This document shows positions 36,503-46,788 of a stretch of 64,000 nucleotides of DNA, one piece after another. The position numbers and the translations under genes were made by a program. Below the pieces are notes generated by a model, which was not told the origin of the DNA, ran no database searches, and saw nothing but the letters and a program-made list of their open reading frames with translations. Origin of the DNA: an uncultured Gemmatimonadales bacterium (GTDB lineage: Bacteria; Gemmatimonadota; Gemmatimonadetes; Gemmatimonadales; GWC2-71-9); assembly GCA_963844445.1 (NCBI GenBank), contig CAWJOB010000001.1, forward strand, positions 731,746-795,745. The letters are read 5' to 3'. How positions within the stretch are numbered: the first letter of the stretch is position 1; each line of letters begins with the position of its first letter.

Positions 36503-38501
36503 ATGGACAGCACGGCGATGGCAGCTCGCACCCCGATGGCGGGGCTACTGGTACTCCTTGCCCTGGCGGGATGCAGCTCGGGCCGCGCCGGCTCCTCCAG
36601 CCCCGAACCGGTCGCCGGCCCTGCCGGGACCGCCCCCGCCGGCACCCGCGCAATGGAGGTCCCCGCCATGGAGGCCTTCGACCTGGCGGTGGCCAAGGGC
36701 ACCCGCCTGCGGTCGGGCGCGCCGGGCCCCCGGTACTGGCAGCAGTGGGCCGACTACCGGCTGGAGGCCGAGCTCAATCCCGTCTCCAAGCGGCTCACCG
36801 GGAAAAGCGCGATCCGCTACTACAACCGGTCTCCCGACACCCTCAATACCGTCTACATCCAGTTGCTGCACAACATCTTCGCTCCCGGCAGCCGGCATAA
36901 CACCGACATCGCCTGGGCGGTCGAGGGATACGAGCTCTCGAAGGTGGCCGTGCAGGGCACCACCCTCAGCGCCGTCGCCGGCGAAGGCGCGGGCTACGAG
37001 GTGGACGGAACCATCATGCGGATCCGGCTGCCCAAGCCGCTGCTGCCGGGTGGGACCGCCGACCTGGAATTCGCCTACCGCATCCGGATTCCGCCCAATG
37101 GGGCGCCCCGGGGCGGGCAGGACGGCGAGGTCTACTACATCAGCTACTGGTACCCCCAGATGGCGGTGTACGACGACGTGAACGGCTGGCAGACCGATCA
37201 GTACTTACGGGAACGCCGAGTTCTACATGGGGTACGGCAATTACGACGTCGCCCTGACCGTCCCCGCGGGGTGGCTGGTGACCAGCACCGGTACGCTGAC
37301 CAATGCCGCGGAGGTCCTCTCCGAACAGACCCGGGCGCGGGTGGACTCCGCGATGAGCGCCAAGGAAGTCGTCCACGTGGTGAGCGAGACCGATCGCGGA
37401 GCGGGGAAGGCTACCGCCGCGGGCGCCGACGGGAAGCTGACCTGGCGCTTCCGGGCGGAAAACGTTCGCGACGTGGCCTGGGGTGCGTCGGCCAGCTACC
37501 TCTGGGACGCCACCAACGCCGCGGTCGGTGATGCCGACGGCGACGGCTCGGCGGACACCACCCGGGTGGACGCCTTCTGGCGGCCCGAGATGCGAACCAG
37601 CCACTGGGACCAGGCGGCCCGCTACGGCCGGCACTCGGTGGAGTTCCTCTCCAAGTACCTCTGGCCCTACCCGTATCCCCATATGACGGCGGTGGACGGG
37701 CCCACCTCCTGCGGCGGGATGGAGTACCCGATGATGACCTGCATCGGGGGCCAGTGGGACACGCTCGGCATGTACGAGGTCGTGGTCCACGAGATCGCCC
37801 ACATGTGGACCCCGATGCTGGTGGGCTCGGATGAGAAGCGGTTCGCCTGGATGGACGAGGGGTTGGCCCAGTTCAGCCAGTCGCAGGCCATGCCCGACTT
37901 CTTCAAGGGATACGACGACGAGGCGGAGAACCGGGAGCCGTACCTCAGTCTGGCGGTGACGGGCGGCGAGGTCGAGCTGATGCGCCACGGCGATCGCTAT
38001 CCTAACTACACCGCGTACGGCACGGCGAACTACTACAAGACCGCCACAGTGCTGGTGGCGCTGCGGGGCCTGCTGGGCAAAGAGACCTTCGAGAAGGCGC
38101 TCAAGGAGTACGGCCGGCGGTGGGAGTACAAGCACCCGACGCCGTACGATTTCTTCAATACGGTGGAGGACGTCGCGGGCCGTGATCTCTCCTGGTTCTG
38201 GCGCACCTGGTTCTTCGAGACCTGGAGGCTGGACCAGGCGATCGACACGGTCGCCGCCGTCGGCGACTCGCTCGAGGTGGTGGTATCGAACCGCGGCCGG
38301 GCGCCGATGCCGGTCCATCTGGTCGTCACCCGCTCGGAGGGACAGCCCCAGACCGTCGAGATCCCGGTCAGCGTCTGGTTCACCGGGGTGAAGCGCACCA
38401 CCGTCCGCATCCCCCGCGAGCCGGCGATCAAGACCATCGAGATCGATCCCAAGCAGGAGTTCCCGGACGTAGACCGGGGCAACGGGATGTGGCCCAGGTA
38501 G
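36503..38501 (+). pseudogene. M1-family (gluzincin) metallopeptidase lipoprotein, one frame break
   Basis: Frame of 36323..37531, from ATG 36503: MDSTAMAARTPMAGLLVLLALAGCS..WQTDQYL. Then frame of 37227..38501: NAEFYMGYGNYDVALTVP..VVVHEIAHMWTPMLVGSDEKRFAWMDEGLA (HExxH-18-E). Junction near 37210 (tactta[c]gggaac). Confidence 0.85.
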
Positions 38502-38512
38502 GGGGCGCAGAC

Positions 38513-38540
38513 GGGGGACGGCGGGACGGCGGGACGGGGG
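38513..38540 (+). repeat. (GGGACGGC)x3 repeat that forms a canonical G4 motif (four G3+ runs with loops of 5 nt or less)
   Basis: gggggacggcgggacggcgggacggggg, starting 12 nt after the M1 peptidase stop. It is the reverse-complement flavour of the GCCGTCC units downstream. Confidence 0.8.
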
Positions 38541-38562
38541 AAGCCTCCCTGGGCTTGGCCTG

Positions 38563-38644
38563 CCTCATCCCGAGCGCAGCGAGGGACCTGCCTTGCCGGC
38601 TTCGATAGCAGCCAGGTAGGTCCCTCGCTCCGCTCGGGATGAGG
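38563..38644. repeat. 27-31-bp-arm inverted repeat (REP-like hairpin, catcccgag...ctcgggatg type)
   Basis: Left arm cctcatcccgagcgcagcgagggacct (38563-38589). Right arm aggtccctcgctccgctcgggatgagg (38618-38644). One mismatch. The ends resemble those of the 13585 hairpin (tcatcccga / cgggatga). Confidence 0.9.
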
Positions 38645-38653
38645 TATCCTCGC

Positions 38654-38815
38654 GTCTGCCGTCTGCCGTCTGCCGTCTGCCGTCTGCCGTCTGCCGTCTG
38701 CCGTCTGCCGTCTGCCGTCTGCCGTCTGCCGTCTGCCGTCTGCCGTCTGCCCGTCTGCCGTCTGCCGTCTGCCGTCTGCCGTCTGCCGTCCGCCGTCCGC
38801 CGTCCGCCGTCCGCC
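38654..38815. repeat. heptanucleotide microsatellite: (GTCTGCC)14 + C + (GTCTGCC)5 + (GTCCGCC)4
   Basis: Counted directly. Unit starts run from 38654 to 38745 every 7 nt. There is an extra C at 38752. Five more units follow from 38753, then four GTCCGCC units at 38788-38815. The array ends 57 nt upstream of the otsAB ATG. Confidence 0.95.
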
Positions 38816-38871
38816 GTTCCGCCTCCCGCGTCCGCCGTTCCCCCCTCCCCCCTTTCGGCTACCTTTCCCCC

Positions 38872-41076
38872 ATGTCCCGTCTTCTGATCGTGGCCAACCG
38901 GCTGCCCGTCACGGTTCGTCCCACCGAGGCTGGCGTCGAGGTGGAGCGGAGCTCGGGTGGACTCGCCACCGGGTTGTCTCGGCCCCACGAGCAATCGGGG
39001 GGGCTCTGGATCGGGTGGTCCGGAGCGGAAGAGGAGCTGACGCCCGAGCAGCAAACCGCGTTCGACAGGCAGCTTGAGGAGCACCGGCTGGTCGCCGTCC
39101 CCCTCACCCGGGACCAGGTGACACGGTACTACGAGGGGTACTCCAACGGGGTGCTCTGGCCCCTCTTCCACTACCTGCTCGACCAGGTTCCGCTCCAGGC
39201 CAGCGACTGGGACGCCTACGTCGAGGTCAACGAGCTCTTCGCCGACGCCGTCGCGAAACAGTACCGCGCGGGCGACCTGATCTGGGTGCACGACTACCAG
39301 CTGCTTCTCCTGCCCGGCCTGCTTCGCCGCCGGCTCCCCGACTCCCGGATCGGCTTCTTCCTCCACATCCCGTTTCCCTCCGAGGAGCTGTTCCGGACTC
39401 TGCCGCCCCGGAGGCAGCTTCTCGAAGGGATGCTGGGCGCCGACCTCGTCGGCTTCCACACCCCCACCTATCTCCGCCACTTCGCCACCGCACTGACCGA
39501 CATCCTGGGCCTCACCGTGGACATCGATCGGGTACAGCTGCCCGGCCGCGAGGTCCGGCTCGGGGTCTTCCCTATGGGGATCGATGCCGCCTCGTTCCAG
39601 ACCCTGGCGAAGGACCCCGCGGTCGAGGCCGAGGCGGAGGCGCTCCGGGGCGACGGGAGCGTCCGCATCCTCGTCGGGGTCGACCGGCTCGACTACACCA
39701 AGGGAATTCCCCGGCGGCTGCTGGCCTACGAGCGGATGCTGGAGACCCATCCCGAGCTCCGCGAGAGGGTCCGGCTGGTGCAGGTCGCGGTCCCATCCCG
39801 CACCGGGGTCGGGGCATACCAGGACTTCCGCTCCCTGGTGGATGGGCTGGTGGGCCGGATCAACGGTGTGTTCGGCACGCCGCGCTGGGTGCCGGTGCAC
39901 TACATCTTCCGCGGCCTGTCCGCGCCCGACCTGGTGGCGCTCTACCGCGCCGCCGACGTGATGCTGGTGACTCCGCTCCGGGACGGGATGAACCTGGTGG
40001 CGAAAGAGTTCATCGCCTCCCGGCCGGATGGCGACGGCGTGCTGGTGCTGAGCGAGTTCGCCGGTGCGTCGTGGGAGCTTCCGGAGGCGCTGCCGGTCAA
40101 CCCCTACGACACCGAGGCCACGGCGGAGGTCTTCTTCCGGGCTCTTTCCATGGACCCCGACGAGCGGCGGGCGCGCCTCGCGCCGCTCCGCCAGCGGGTC
40201 GCCACCTTCGACGTCCACAGCTGGGTCACCTCGTTCCTCGATCAACTCGAGCGAGTGACCGGACCCGCCGTCCGGACCACGCCCACCGCGGGCGAGCCCG
40301 AGCTTCGGGAGGAGTTGAACCGCGCCCTGGAGCGGAACGACGAGCTGCTGCTCCTCCTCGACTACGATGGCACGCTGGTGCCGTTCACCGCGACGCCGGA
40401 GCTGGCGCGGCCCGACGCCGCCCTGGTGCGGCTCCTCCGCTCGCTGGCGAGCCGCCCGGAGACCGAGGTGCACATCGTCAGCGGCCGGAGCCGCGAGGCG
40501 CTGGAGCAGTGGGTCGGCAACCTTCCCATCTGGCTGCACGCGGAGCACGGCTTCTGGTCCCGGCCGCCCGGCCAGGCCGAGTGGACCCCGGCGGCGGACA
40601 TACACGGCACCTGGCGGGAGCCGGTGCTGGCGATCCTGCGCGACATCACCGCGCGTACCCCGGGCTCGCTCATCGAGGTGAAGGCGGTGGCCATCGCGTG
40701 GCACTACCGGCTGGCCGACCTGGAGACCGGCGCCCGACGGGCCAACGAGCTCCGGATCCATCTCAACCAGCTGCTCAGCAACCAGCCGGTCGAGATTCTC
40801 GCCGGCAATCGGGTCCTCGAGATCCGTCCCTACGGCGTCCACAAGGGCCGGATCATCCCCCCGATGTCCGCCGAGCGGGAGGCGCGGACGACCGTGGTGG
40901 CAATCGGAGACGACCGCACCGACGAGGATCTCTTCGCCTCGCTGCCGCCGGAGGCGATCAGCGCCCGGGTGGGCCCGGGCGCGACCCGGGCGCGCTTCCG
41001 GCTGGACGGGACCTCGGCGGTGCGCGGCGTGCTCCAGATGCTGGCGGACGCGGGCGTACGGGTCGATCTGGCATAG
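38872..41076 (+). CDS. otsA: bifunctional trehalose-6-phosphate synthase / trehalose-6-phosphate phosphatase (OtsA-OtsB fusion)
   Basis: ORF 38872..41076 (734 aa). GT20 N-terminus: [38 protein letters not shown]-terminal HAD phosphatase: [24 protein letters not shown]. Intact. Confidence 0.9.
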   Translation: MSRLLIVANRLPVTVRPTEAGVEVERSSGGLATGLSRPHEQSGGLWIGWSGAEEELTPEQQTAFDRQLEEHRLVAVPLTRDQVTRYYEGYSNGVLWPLFHYLLDQVPLQASDWDAYVEVNELFADAVAKQYRAGDLIWVHDYQLLLLPGLLRRRLPDSRIGFFLHIPFPSEELFRTLPPRRQLLEGMLGADLVGFHTPTYLRHFATALTDILGLTVDIDRVQLPGREVRLGVFPMGIDAASFQTLAKDPAVEAEAEALRGDGSVRILVGVDRLDYTKGIPRRLLAYERMLETHPELRERVRLVQVAVPSRTGVGAYQDFRSLVDGLVGRINGVFGTPRWVPVHYIFRGLSAPDLVALYRAADVMLVTPLRDGMNLVAKEFIASRPDGDGVLVLSEFAGASWELPEALPVNPYDTEATAEVFFRALSMDPDERRARLAPLRQRVATFDVHSWVTSFLDQLERVTGPAVRTTPTAGEPELREELNRALERNDELLLLLDYDGTLVPFTATPELARPDAALVRLLRSLASRPETEVHIVSGRSREALEQWVGNLPIWLHAEHGFWSRPPGQAEWTPAADIHGTWREPVLAILRDITARTPGSLIEVKAVAIAWHYRLADLETGARRANELRIHLNQLLSNQPVEILAGNRVLEIRPYGVHKGRIIPPMSAEREARTTVVAIGDDRTDEDLFASLPPEAISARVGPGATRARFRLDGTSAVRGVLQMLADAGVRVDLA

Positions 41077-41080
41077 ACCG

Positions 41081-41619
41081 ATGAGCCCGCTGGTGCCCCC
41101 GGTCGAGCGAGCGCGACCACGTTGTGGGACCGGCCGACGCGCGCGTCACCCTGGTGGAGTACGGCGACTACGAGTGCCCCCATTGCGGGGCGCTCTATCC
41201 GGTGATCGAGGCGGCCCGGAAGGCCTTCGGCGGGAACCTGCGGTTCGCGTTCCGGCATTTCCCCTTGCGTTCGTCGCATCCCCACGCGCTTGCGGCGGCC
41301 AAGGCCGCGGAGGCGGCCGGCGAGCAGGGGCGGTTCTGGGAGATGCACGACCGGCTGTACCAGCGGCAGACGCAACTGGAGGATCGAGGACCTGGCGCGG
41401 CATGCGCGAAAGCTCGGGCTGGACGTGGCCCGCTTCCAGCGCGAGCTGACCGCGCGGGCCCACGAGGTGCGGATCCGCGAGGATCTGGCGAGCGCGGCCC
41501 AGAGCGGCGCGGGCGGGACACCCTCGCTCTTCATCAACGGTGAGCTGTACCAGAGCTCGCTCGACCGCGACGACGTGTTCGCGGCGCTGGCCCGAGCCGC
41601 CGTCGCGGCGGTTCCCTGA
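41081..41619 (+). pseudogene. DsbA-family thioredoxin-fold protein (CPHC), two frame breaks
   Basis: 41081 frame: MSPLVPPVERA. 41124 frame: DHVVGPADARVTLVEYGDYECPHCGALYP..GRFWEMHDRLYQRQTQLE. 41290 frame: IEDLARHARKLGLDVARFQREL..GTPSLFINGE. Junctions near 41112 and 41385. Confidence 0.75.
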
Positions 41620-41805
41620 ACCTAGGAGCGGTTATGGCCCGAAAGAGTTCGGAAGCCGCGCGCAACGCGGCGCGCGAGATCGGGCGGGTGACGGTCATCC
41701 GGCTCACGGGCTACTACCTGGTGGCCGGAGTCGCTCCTGCTCTGCCTCTCGGCCCTCCTCCCTCAGGAGGCCATCGCCCCGGCGGCGGGCCAGCCGCCGG
41801 CCGAT

Positions 41806-42654
41806 ATGCAGGGGGTGATCGAGTGGTTCCGCGGCCAGGTCGCGATGTTCCCCACCGGCACGCCCCGGTGGCTCGACGCCCTGCTCCAGATGGTCGCCGC
41901 GTTCCTGCTGGTCCTGCCGCTGGCCTTCGTGTACGTGCGCACCCGGACCCGGATCAAGTTCGATCACTCGCTGGTGCAGACGGTGATCGTGCTTCCGATC
42001 GTGGTGACGGCGATCCTGGTCGTCGTCCGCGACAGCCTGGCCCTCGCCTTCAGCCTCGCGGGCATCGTGGCGGCGGTCCGCTTCCGGAACAACCTCAAGG
42101 AGTCGGGCGACGCGGTCTACATCTTCGGCTCGATCGGCATCGGCTTCGCCACCGGCATCCACGCGATCTCGGTGGCGGCGGTGCTGTCGATCGTCTTCGT
42201 GGTCGTCGAGCTGGCGCTCTGGAAGTTCGACTTCAGCGCCGAATTCGAGCGGACCTTCGCCCGGCTCTGCCTGCCTTCGGGGGCCGACCTGGCGGATCTG
42301 CCTCAACTGAGCGACGCGCCGTCGAAGCCGGCGCCCGCCGGCAACGGCGCGGGAGACGACCGCAGCGTTCTGCTCCGGGTCTACGTGGACCGGGTGGAGG
42401 ACGCGCAGCCGGCCATCGAGGCCGTGCTGGCCCGCGACGCGAAGCGCTGGAGGCTGGAGCAGGTGGTGGCGGACACCAACGGCCCTCCCCTCCTGACCTA
42501 CCGAGTCCGGGCGCGAAAGAGCGTCGGCATGGACGGTCTGCGCGAACGGCTGCTTCGGGAGGGCGCGCCGCACGTCGTGGCCGCCGACCAGCCGCCCGGA
42601 CGTCCTGACGAGATTCTGTCATTCCGCGCATGGCTCGCGGAGGAGGGCCGGTGA
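41806..42654 (+). CDS. DUF4956-like membrane protein (the start may lie further upstream)
   Basis: ORF 41806..42654: LAFSLAGIVAAVRFRNNLKESGDAVYIFGSIGIGFATG. The upstream 41634-41805 region holds coding-looking text in two frames. Confidence 0.6.
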   Translation: MQGVIEWFRGQVAMFPTGTPRWLDALLQMVAAFLLVLPLAFVYVRTRTRIKFDHSLVQTVIVLPIVVTAILVVVRDSLALAFSLAGIVAAVRFRNNLKESGDAVYIFGSIGIGFATGIHAISVAAVLSIVFVVVELALWKFDFSAEFERTFARLCLPSGADLADLPQLSDAPSKPAPAGNGAGDDRSVLLRVYVDRVEDAQPAIEAVLARDAKRWRLEQVVADTNGPPLLTYRVRARKSVGMDGLRERLLREGAPHVVAADQPPGRPDEILSFRAWLAEEGR

Positions 42655-42666
42655 TATCTATGGCCC

Positions 42667-44106
42667 ATGAGCCAACAACCTACTCTCAGGCCGGTCCTCG
42701 GCCCCCTCGCTCTCACCACCCTCGGCATCGGTTCGGTCATCGGCACCGGCATCTTCGTCCTTACCGGGACCGCCGCCTCGCAGCACGCCGGCCCAGCGCT
42801 GGTGATCTCGATGATCGTCGCCGCGATCGCTTGCGCGCTCGCCGGTCTGTGCTACGCCGAGCTGGCCGCGATGATCCCGATCGCGGGCAGCGCGTACACC
42901 TACGCGCACGCCTCCGCCGGCCAGTTCGTCGCCTGGATCATCGGCTGGGACCTGATGCTGGAGTACGCGCTCAGCGCCTCGACGGTGGCGGTCGGCTGGT
43001 CGGGCTACTTCGTGAGCTTTCTCCGCGACCTGGGCGTGCACCTGCCGCCCGAGCTCACGGCGGCGTCGGGGTCGGCCGCGGTCGGCCCCGCCGGAGAGAT
43101 GGTGCCCGGCGTCTTCAACCTGCCGGCCACGATCATCGTGCTGTTGGTCGCGGGGCTCCTCGTCGTCGGGATCAGCCAGTCGGCCCGCGCCAACACGGTG
43201 ATGGTGATCATCAAAGTGGCCGTGCTGATCCTCTTCATCGCGCTGGGAGCGGCCTACGTGCAGCGGGACAACCTGACCCCCTTCATTCCGCCCAACACCG
43301 GTACCTTCGGTGAGTTCGGCTGGAGCGGCGTCATGCGCGGCGCGGCGGTCATGTTCTTCGCCTATATCGGATTCGACGCGGTCTCCACCGCGGCGCAGGA
43401 GGCCCGCAATCCGCAGCGCGACATGCCGATCGGGATCCTCGCTTCACTGGCGATCTGTACCGTGATCTACATCGCGGTGGCGGTGGTGCTGCTCGGCATC
43501 GTGCCGTACCGGGAGCTCAACGTCCCCGATCCGCTCGCCATCGGCATCGACGCGACCGGTCTCACCTGGTTCAGCCCGGTGGTGAAGATCAGCGCGCTGT
43601 TCGGGCTCTTCAGCACGATACTGGTGCAGCTCCTGGGGCAGAGCCGCATCTTCTACTCGATGAGCCGAGACGGACTGCTGCCCGAGCTTTTCGGCAGGGT
43701 GCATCCGCGGTTCCGTACGCCGCACCTGAGCACGATGATCACCGGCGCGGTCGTGGCCGTCGCCGCCGGGGTCCTGCCGTTGCGAACTCTCAGCCAGCTG
43801 GTGAGCATCGGATCGCTGCTCGCCTTCACCCTGGTCTGCCTCGGGGTCATCATCCTGCGCCGCACCCGGCCCGACGTGCCCCGGCCGTTCCGGGTGCCCG
43901 GCGTGCCTTACGTGCCGGTGCTCGGGGCGCTGGTCTGCCTGGTCCAGATGGCCGCCCTGCCGTGGGCCACCTGGGAACGGCTGCTTGTGTGGCTGGCGCT
44001 TGGTCTCGCGATCTACTTTATGTACAGCCGCCGCAGGGCGCGGGAGAAGCGGGCGGAGATGGCGGGGGCTGCTGGCGACGCTGCGGCTGCTGCCGTGTTA
44101 CCCTGA
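42667..44106 (+). CDS. APC-superfamily amino acid permease (cationic amino acid transporter-like)
   Basis: ORF 42667..44106 (479 aa): LTTLGIGSVIGTGIFVLTG..YAELAAMIPIAGSAYTY. About 12 TM helices. Intact. Confidence 0.85.
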   Translation: MSQQPTLRPVLGPLALTTLGIGSVIGTGIFVLTGTAASQHAGPALVISMIVAAIACALAGLCYAELAAMIPIAGSAYTYAHASAGQFVAWIIGWDLMLEYALSASTVAVGWSGYFVSFLRDLGVHLPPELTAASGSAAVGPAGEMVPGVFNLPATIIVLLVAGLLVVGISQSARANTVMVIIKVAVLILFIALGAAYVQRDNLTPFIPPNTGTFGEFGWSGVMRGAAVMFFAYIGFDAVSTAAQEARNPQRDMPIGILASLAICTVIYIAVAVVLLGIVPYRELNVPDPLAIGIDATGLTWFSPVVKISALFGLFSTILVQLLGQSRIFYSMSRDGLLPELFGRVHPRFRTPHLSTMITGAVVAVAAGVLPLRTLSQLVSIGSLLAFTLVCLGVIILRRTRPDVPRPFRVPGVPYVPVLGALVCLVQMAALPWATWERLLVWLALGLAIYFMYSRRRAREKRAEMAGAAGDAAAAAVLP

Positions 44107-44220
44107 ACGGAACGAACCCGCCGTAGCGGGGGATCCGGCGGTTCGCCGGGTGACATAGATCTGTTGAATACCGAGCCCGGGAGGCAGGTTTGCGACCGGA
44201 CAGGTTGACAGAGTTGCAGG

Positions 44221-44303
44221 GTGCGAGCGGACTGTAGGGGCCGGGGAGGCTAGGGGTTGGCTGGGCTTGGCCAGCCTCCCCGGCCCCTTCAGTCCGCTCG
44301 CAC
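44221..44303. repeat. 31-bp-arm inverted repeat (hairpin) upstream of the sensor kinase
   Basis: Left arm gtgcgagcggactgtaggggccggggaggct (44221-44251). Right arm agcctccccggccccttcagtccgctcgcac (44273-44303). One mismatch and a 21-nt loop. Confidence 0.9.
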
Positions 44304-44338
44304 GGCGCGCTGACAGTCTCGCCCTCACGAGGGCTTCG

Positions 44339-45946
44339 ATGAACCGTGCTTCCCGTTCCCTCGTTCTCCTCCTGTCCCTGACGGTCGCCCTCGCGGGCCT
44401 CCTGGCCTACGAGGCGCAGAGCGCCACCCGCTCTCACCGCGTCACCGCGGAGCGAGCGCTCCGGGACTACGCGACCGTGGCGGCCCGGGAGCTCGCCACC
44501 GCGAGCGCCGAGGCGCTGGAGGGAATCGTCGGCCCGGCGCTCAATCCTGTCGTCGGAAGTCCCGCCGCGTCGCCCTACGACCCGCTGCCGCCGGCCTCCG
44601 CGATCGCGGCCGCGGCTGACGGGATCCTCGGCTGTGGTGGCGCCGACCCCGGACGCACCTACTTCGCGCTCGACTTCCGGAGCGGCGCCCTCTCCACCGC
44701 CGGCGTCGTTCCCGACGCGGAGACCACCGCCTGGCTCCGGGCCTCCGTCGGCACCGCGGCGCGGGCGCGCCGCGATCGCGTGGGGCCGCGGCCCTATCGC
44801 CGGGCGGATCGCCGTGTACGGCGTCAAGAGCCTCCGCTACAGCGGCTTCGCCGGCCACGACGCGCCGCTGGCGGCCTACGGTCTGGTGACCTGCCGCTCG
44901 GCGCTCGGTCCGGTGATCGCCCGGGTGCTGAAGGAGCATCCGCTGCTGCCCCGCTCGGTGTCCGGCGGGCTCTCCAACGCCGAGCTGGCGGCGCTGGAGG
45001 TGAGCGCGCCCGACGGCGAGCCGCTGTTTCGCTTCGGCCCCGCGGCCGAGGCCGCCTACGCCGGCGACACCGTCACCGCCGGCCCCGGTTCGCCGGTCTT
45101 CCGCGCGTCGCTCCCCGCGTCGGTCGCCGGGCGCCTGGTGGTGGCGCGCCCGCGGTCGCGGCTGCCGCTCCTGCTTCGGGCTGCTCGCGGTCACCGCCGG
45201 GCTCGCGGCGGTCGCCCTGCGGCAGCTCCGCCGGGAGCAGGAGCTCGCTCGACTTCGGGACGACTTCACCTCCAGCGTCTCCCACGAGCTGCGCACGCCG
45301 CTCACCCAGATCCTCCTCTTCGCGGAGACGCTGGAGCTGGGCAGGGCGGGCGGGGAAGGCGAGCGGCGCCAGGCGCTGAGGATCATCGTCCAGGAGGCGC
45401 GGCGGCTGGCGCACCTGGTGGAGAACGTGCTGCAGTTCTCCCGCGCCGAGCCGGGGGATGGTGCGGCTGCGGACCGAGGAGCAGCGGCTCGCCCCGCTGC
45501 TCCGCGAGACGGCGGAGCGCTTCGCGCCGCTCGCCTCCGGGTGCGGCCGGCTCGGCGTCGAGCTCGACGAGGCGCTGGTGGCTCCGGTCCACGCCGACTC
45601 GCTGCGCCAGATCGTCATCAACCTGCTGGACAACGCGGTGAAATACGGCCGCGAAGACGGTGTCGTCTCGCTCCGGACATCCCTCGCCGCGGGTCGCGCG
45701 CGACTCGAGGTGGACGACGCGGGGCCCGGTATCGCCCCGGAAGACCGGACGAGAGTGTGGGAGCCGTTCGTCCGCCTCGAGCGGGCGCCGGCAGTGGCGG
45801 GGAGCGGTATCGGGCTGGCGGTGGTGCGCGAGCTGGTGGCGGCGCACGGGGGAGCGTGCTGGGTGGAGGAGGCGCCGGGCGGCGGGGCGCGATTCGTGGT
45901 CGAGCTGCCGCAGGGCCGGCACGCCGCATCGATCGAGGCGGCGTGA
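44339..45946 (+). pseudogene. sensor histidine kinase, three +1 frame breaks
   Basis: TM1 MNRASRSLVLLLSLTVALAGLLAY (frame of 44267). Periplasmic part IAVYGVKSLRYSGFAGHDAPLAAYGLV (frame of 44634). TM2 and H-box by own translation: FGLLAVTAGLAAVALRQLRREQELARLRDDFTSSVSHELRTPLTQI. HATPase_c in 45458..45946: NLLDNAVKYG..DDAGPGI..GSGIGLAVV. Junctions near 44780, 45185 and 45462 (the last in a G5 run). Confidence 0.8.
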
Positions 45947-46647
45947 TGGCACGGGTGCTCATCATCGAGGACAACCGGAACCTGGCGCTCGGCCTGCGCA
46001 CCAACCTCGAGTTCGAGGGCCACGACGCGGAGATCGCCGGCGACGGCACCGCAGGCCTGATCCGGGCTCGCACCCGGGGCCACGATCTCATCGTGCTGGA
46101 CCTGATGCTTCCGGGGCTCGATGGCTTCCGGGTGCTCGAGGTCCTGCGGGGCGAGGGACTGACCACGCCGGTGTTGGTGCTCACCGCCCGCGGCGACGAG
46201 ACCGACAAGGTGCGCGGGCTGCGTGGCGGCGCCGACGATTACGTCACCAAGCCCTTCGCCCTGCGCGAGCTGCTCGCCCGGGTGGCCGCGCTGCTCCGCC
46301 GGACCCGCGCTCCGGGCGAGGAGCGATCCGCGCCGCCCGCCGTCTATCGCTTCGGCGAGATCGCGGTGAATCCGGGCACCCGGGTCGTGACGCGAGCGGG
46401 CCATCCCGTGCCGCTCAGACCCAAGGAGTACGATCTGCTCGGCGCCCTGCTGCGGCGCGAAGGCGGTGTGGTCGGCCGTGCGGATCTGCTGCGCGAGGTC
46501 TGGGGCTATCACGAGAGCGTGCTCAGCCGGACCCTCGACACCCACATCGGCGAGCTGCGCCGCAAGCTCGAAGCCGACCCCGCCATGCCGCGGCACATCC
46601 TCACCGTTCGGAAGACCGGCTATCGCCTGGCGATTGACCCCCAGTGA
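45946..46647 (+). CDS. OmpR-family response regulator
   Basis: ATG 45946 overlaps the kinase stop. MARVLIIEDN..LIVLDLMLPGLDG..LTARGDE..GADDYVTKPF. Winged-helix C-terminus: LTVRKTGYRL. Confidence 0.9.
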   Translation: MARVLIIEDNRNLALGLRTNLEFEGHDAEIAGDGTAGLIRARTRGHDLIVLDLMLPGLDGFRVLEVLRGEGLTTPVLVLTARGDETDKVRGLRGGADDYVTKPFALRELLARVAALLRRTRAPGEERSAPPAVYRFGEIAVNPGTRVVTRAGHPVPLRPKEYDLLGALLRREGGVVGRADLLREVWGYHESVLSRTLDTHIGELRRKLEADPAMPRHILTVRKTGYRLAIDPQ

Positions 46648-46788
46648 GCTGGTGCCCCGACCCGATCTGGCCTCACCCCAGGGGATCCGATATTGTTTCG
46701 CGCGACCCCCGCCACCGGATCACGAGCGCCGTTCTGGGGACATGCCGATGATGCTGGAGTTCCGCCCCGTCCATCCGACGGCCGCCAC

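Noticed and set aside
38548-38560. The 12-mer ctgggcttggcc is shared between the 38.5 kb spacer and the loop of the 44.2 kb hairpin.
   Set aside because: GC-rich 12-mers are expected to recur by chance many times in 64 kb of ~70% GC sequence. There is no extended similarity around it.
38654-38815. Possible CRISPR array.
   Set aside because: The units are 7 nt, contiguous and without spacers, and no cas genes are in the window. It is a microsatellite, not a CRISPR array.
38639-38887. 82-aa ORF encoding CRLPSAV repeats.
   Set aside because: It is only the translation of the 7-nt microsatellite (three units make seven codons). There is no RBS, and a single extra C breaks the peptide repeat. 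I treat it as non-coding.
38428-40842. 804-aa minus-strand ORF, the longest ORF in this part of the window.
   Set aside because: It is antisense to the well-supported OtsA-OtsB gene and Arg/Gly/Pro-rich, with no motifs. This is a typical shadow ORF of a ~70% GC sequence. Its 3' part merely translates the heptamer repeat (RRQTADG repeats).
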